From positions 6,138,001 to 6,202,000 of the forward strand of contig CM120640.1 in NCBI GenBank assembly GCA_051362555.1: 64,000 nt of DNA, written 5' to 3'. The notes under the pieces were generated by a model that saw only the letters and a program-made list of their open reading frames with translations, did no database searches and was not told the origin of the DNA. Positions 62,101 to 64,000 of this stretch are shown one piece after another; positions within the stretch are counted from its first letter, which is position 1; the number at the start of each line of letters is the position of its first letter. Source of the DNA: Lingula anatina. Lineage: Eukaryota; Animalia; Brachiopoda. Both the position numbers and the translations under genes were made by a program.

Positions 62101-64000
62101 GTCAAACTAGTGGTCATGACACAGCTGTTGAAGTGATTGCCAGGCATCTGGAATGTGAAAAAGAAAAACTGAGAGAAGAAACATGTGAACTACCACTGCA
62201 CCATTCACCAGGGTCTGTCCATGCTATTCTTGGTTGTGGAGGACAGACAAGATGGATCTTGATGCCAGAGCAGTACACGACTGTTGTGATAGTCACCAAG
62301 GGAGAAGAAAAGCCCTCAACTCATGATATAATAGAGAAATTCTCCATGTTTGGAGAAATTGTTTCCCACTGTGAGTTCAAGAAAAACAACAGTGCTAAAT
62401 GGGGAAAAATCACCTTCAGAAATCCAGAGTCAGCTAGTCAAGCTGTAAACAAGACATCTGGACTATCAATATCTGCACACCCAGGAACCAGTGTAGGTAT
62501 TGATTCAAAGATGCAAGAATATAAAATGCGTCTACAATGGTGCCGAAGACCAACAAGAGGTTTTGGTTTTGTTAACTTTAAAGACGTTGATGACGACATT
62601 CTTGCCAGTTCCAGCACCCAAATTCTTAGTGTAGGTACCAGTTTTGCAAGATTGAGGCCAGGAAAAGATAAACCAAATGAGATCTTTATTTCTAATTTAG
62701 ATAAGAATGTTGATGAAACTCAGCTTCTGTCAGCCTTGAAAGATGCCTTTCCAGCTGCTGTGATTATTGACAGGGTTTCCATTCCCCGTGAAAAACCATT
62801 TCCTACAACACAGGAGCAGATGAATGCATTCAGACATCAACTTTCTACACAGATTGAGGCTCTTGTGGACAAACAACATTTCCAATTAAAACTCCTTCAA
62901 CCAAAGGACAAAGACTATTTTTTCATGGGTTACTTAACATTCAAAAGCTCAACTGATGGTCAGGCAGTGCACAATGCACTACGAAGAAATCTTTTGATTG
63001 GAGAGAGACCTGTTTCAATGGAAGCCTTGTTGTTTACCTCCATTTTGGTACAAAAAGAAGTATACCAAGTCTTTAAGGATGATATCAAGGAAGCAACAGC
63101 AGACCTTATAAAAGGTTCTGAAAAACTTAACATCAAAGAAAGAGAGAGGCAGGATGGTAACTTTGCCATTGACATTGGTGCAGACAATGTTGCAGACCTA
63201 CGTGAAGCAAAGATGGTGATCCATGAAATAACACAGGGCGAAATCCTCGACTGCAGCATTTCAGAATTAATGAGAAGAAATCTACTATCCTTCACATCAA
63301 AAGATATTCTTAAGAGAATCATGTCTTCTTCAGGAACATATATCCTGGCAGACAGAAGAATGTCTTCTTTAGCTATTTATGGTAGTAAAAGAGCAAAATC
63401 CGTGGCCAAAATTGAAATAAACAAATACTTGGATGATATGGTTTCCCAGAAAGTGTGTGACATACCCCTTTCCAGCAGTGACAGACCACCAGGTGTCATG
63501 AAAGCTTTGATGCAGACCTATGGCCTTGACCTTCAGAGGCTGACCCAGGAAACAGGTGCTACCCATCTGAAACTTGATCTGCGTCACCATACTCTTTGCT
63601 TTCAAGGCACTGATGATGCATTCGCCAAACTAGAGCAAGCTGTGCAAGCATGCATTGATGGGTTACCTTATAAACCCACTGTAAAGGAAAACTCAATTGA
63701 CTGTGTGGTTTGTTTTTGCCCCATTGATGACAGTGTTTTCAGGATAGAATGTTGTGGTCACCCATACTGTCAAGAATGTATCACAAATCAGATATGTGTA
63801 GCCATTGAGGAGAAAAACTTTCCTATAACATGTGCCCAGGAAGGGTGTGAAGAGCTAATAGAGTGGAGAACCCTCAACAAACTAACAACAGAACCAATGA
63901 AGAGAGCATTGGTGGCCTCATCAACTTCGGCCTTTGTTTCCAAAGCTCCTGAAGCTTATACCTACTGTGGCACCCCTGACTGTCCTATGGTGTACCAGAT
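59118..64000 (+). CDS. DEAH-box RNA helicase fused to probable RRM/KH and RING-IBR (RBR E3 ligase) domains, DEAH11/12-like; 3' truncated by the window
   Basis: Acceptor at 59113, ATG at 59118. The same frame holds at GETGSGKSTQ (60084), DEAHE (60375) and the RING CVVCFCPIDDSVFRIECCGHPYCQEC...FPITCAQEGC (63702 onward); TSAT, QRKGRAGR and the IBR start YCGTPDC are also present. Absent from the ORF track, consistent with no stop inside the window. Confidence 0.92.
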   Translation, partial: MSSDRSDFKSIKSPNTDQVPSLAGTYGGEKTLDKGKRLLKPSYRQNDPQQLVPPSTSNVVYPPRTRKKNKKHEDNSKTTLQTDARISPKACKPIPAEVLVKLKEKILLNDEERVKPHFQHIMSQTIDFEAKLVSEMASDSSTQVLLVFPSKNLAKRALSSLQKLIHVKDSTIESVKFKQCDEDTDETKALLQKQEIEVQEKGDKLLDEHSKKISEVANLLKKTHVQRHVPLAEYERITSEKAALQDKLSELNNQKKEFEDFLKRTKNHFREIQPSKHFHEDIFEIRKAFGRECHRFTSALPMYARRGDILNTVMNNQVSVILGETGSGKSTQLVQYLHQVGLGKKGIIACTQPRKVAAISLARHVSSEMGCAVGDEVGYQVGMQKKRGPNTSIVYMTDHVLLNECLKDNLLNCYSVIIIDEAHERSIHTDLLIGMVKSCLKQRPELKVIITSATIDPDVFVCYFGGCPVLQVSGRTFPVEVVWKDTPRQPNSDYVRETVVKAIEVHQTEPEGDILAFLTSPTETEKAFVILEAQLPFPDEVICLQLHGRLQSDEQNKVFEQTPVGKRKIVFATNSAETSITIPGIKYVIDSGLVKEVRYDPKKNRSSLDVMTVNQSSAEQRKGRAGRISSGKCFRLYTKEEYESSERISTPEILRVHVSGALLKLLEIGIPNPLEFDYVQPPPLEALEYGMRSLRELGAVDDQGITEVGKQMAKLPLEPHLSRLVLLGIEEGIGFEALVLAAVTSTSSNIFFRKGTEDEKEMADKLKTTFCHQGGDSVTFVNVYREWNKIPDKQKSRWCVGNFINAKAMRCSRDAVQEMIKIVKSEIGLKVPYAFHSEEEMVQKLPPILFKTYGARHLCLYLGHSKAGYLVARLGQAVQIHPSSALKYLGSSPKWLVYQSLLSTSQDFAMNLTPVEEGLVVEATESGLLNIDLEQLEAQTLSAVSLFYGRELMQKLIGPKFSTLCGLQKKISAEIGGGMVIIDPIRVTGEVKVYCQTSGHDTAVEVIARHLECEKEKLREETCELPLHHSPGSVHAILGCGGQTRWILMPEQYTTVVIVTKGEEKPSTHDIIEKFSMFGEIVSHCEFKKNNSAKWGKITFRNPESASQAVNKTSGLSISAHPGTSVGIDSKMQEYKMRLQWCRRPTRGFGFVNFKDVDDDILASSSTQILSVGTSFARLRPGKDKPNEIFISNLDKNVDETQLLSALKDAFPAAVIIDRVSIPREKPFPTTQEQMNAFRHQLSTQIEALVDKQHFQLKLLQPKDKDYFFMGYLTFKSSTDGQAVHNALRRNLLIGERPVSMEALLFTSILVQKEVYQVFKDDIKEATADLIKGSEKLNIKERERQDGNFAIDIGADNVADLREAKMVIHEITQGEILDCSISELMRRNLLSFTSKDILKRIMSSSGTYILADRRMSSLAIYGSKRAKSVAKIEINKYLDDMVSQKVCDIPLSSSDRPPGVMKALMQTYGLDLQRLTQETGATHLKLDLRHHTLCFQGTDDAFAKLEQAVQACIDGLPYKPTVKENSIDCVVCFCPIDDSVFRIECCGHPYCQECITNQICVAIEEKNFPITCAQEGCEELIEWRTLNKLTTEPMKRALVASSTSAFVSKAPEAYTYCGTPDCPMVYQ

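Noticed and set aside
59286-63605. Many minus-strand ORFs
   Set aside because: Antisense shadows of the long plus-strand helicase ORF.

Overview
AT-rich, intron-containing animal genomic DNA (probably an invertebrate; the taxon cannot be fixed from sequence alone). In order: two tandem FABP genes; a 14-exon secreted polyprotein gene (7594-13699) that the ORF track breaks into pieces; a tandem duplication carrying three intact MIF-family genes, one MIF pseudogene, an intronless two-anchor coiled-coil gene and its pseudogene; CDC45 and UFD1 head-to-head; many TIR transposons and MITEs; and the start of a DEAH helicase/RING-IBR ORF of more than 1600 codons that runs off the window. The main find is the polyprotein. 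Manual splicing gives 807 aa: a signal peptide, then six Cys-free, Gly/Arg-rich, beta-hairpin-like peptides (A-B-A-B-A-B). Each starts with Gln after an R-x-K-R site and ends in IPF-G plus basic residues (an amidation signal), and they are separated by acidic spacers, each on its own 57-nt exon. It looks like an attacin-like antimicrobial precursor whose peptide ends resemble bacterial outer-membrane-protein beta-signals (inference). All coordinates were read by hand and no database search was run.
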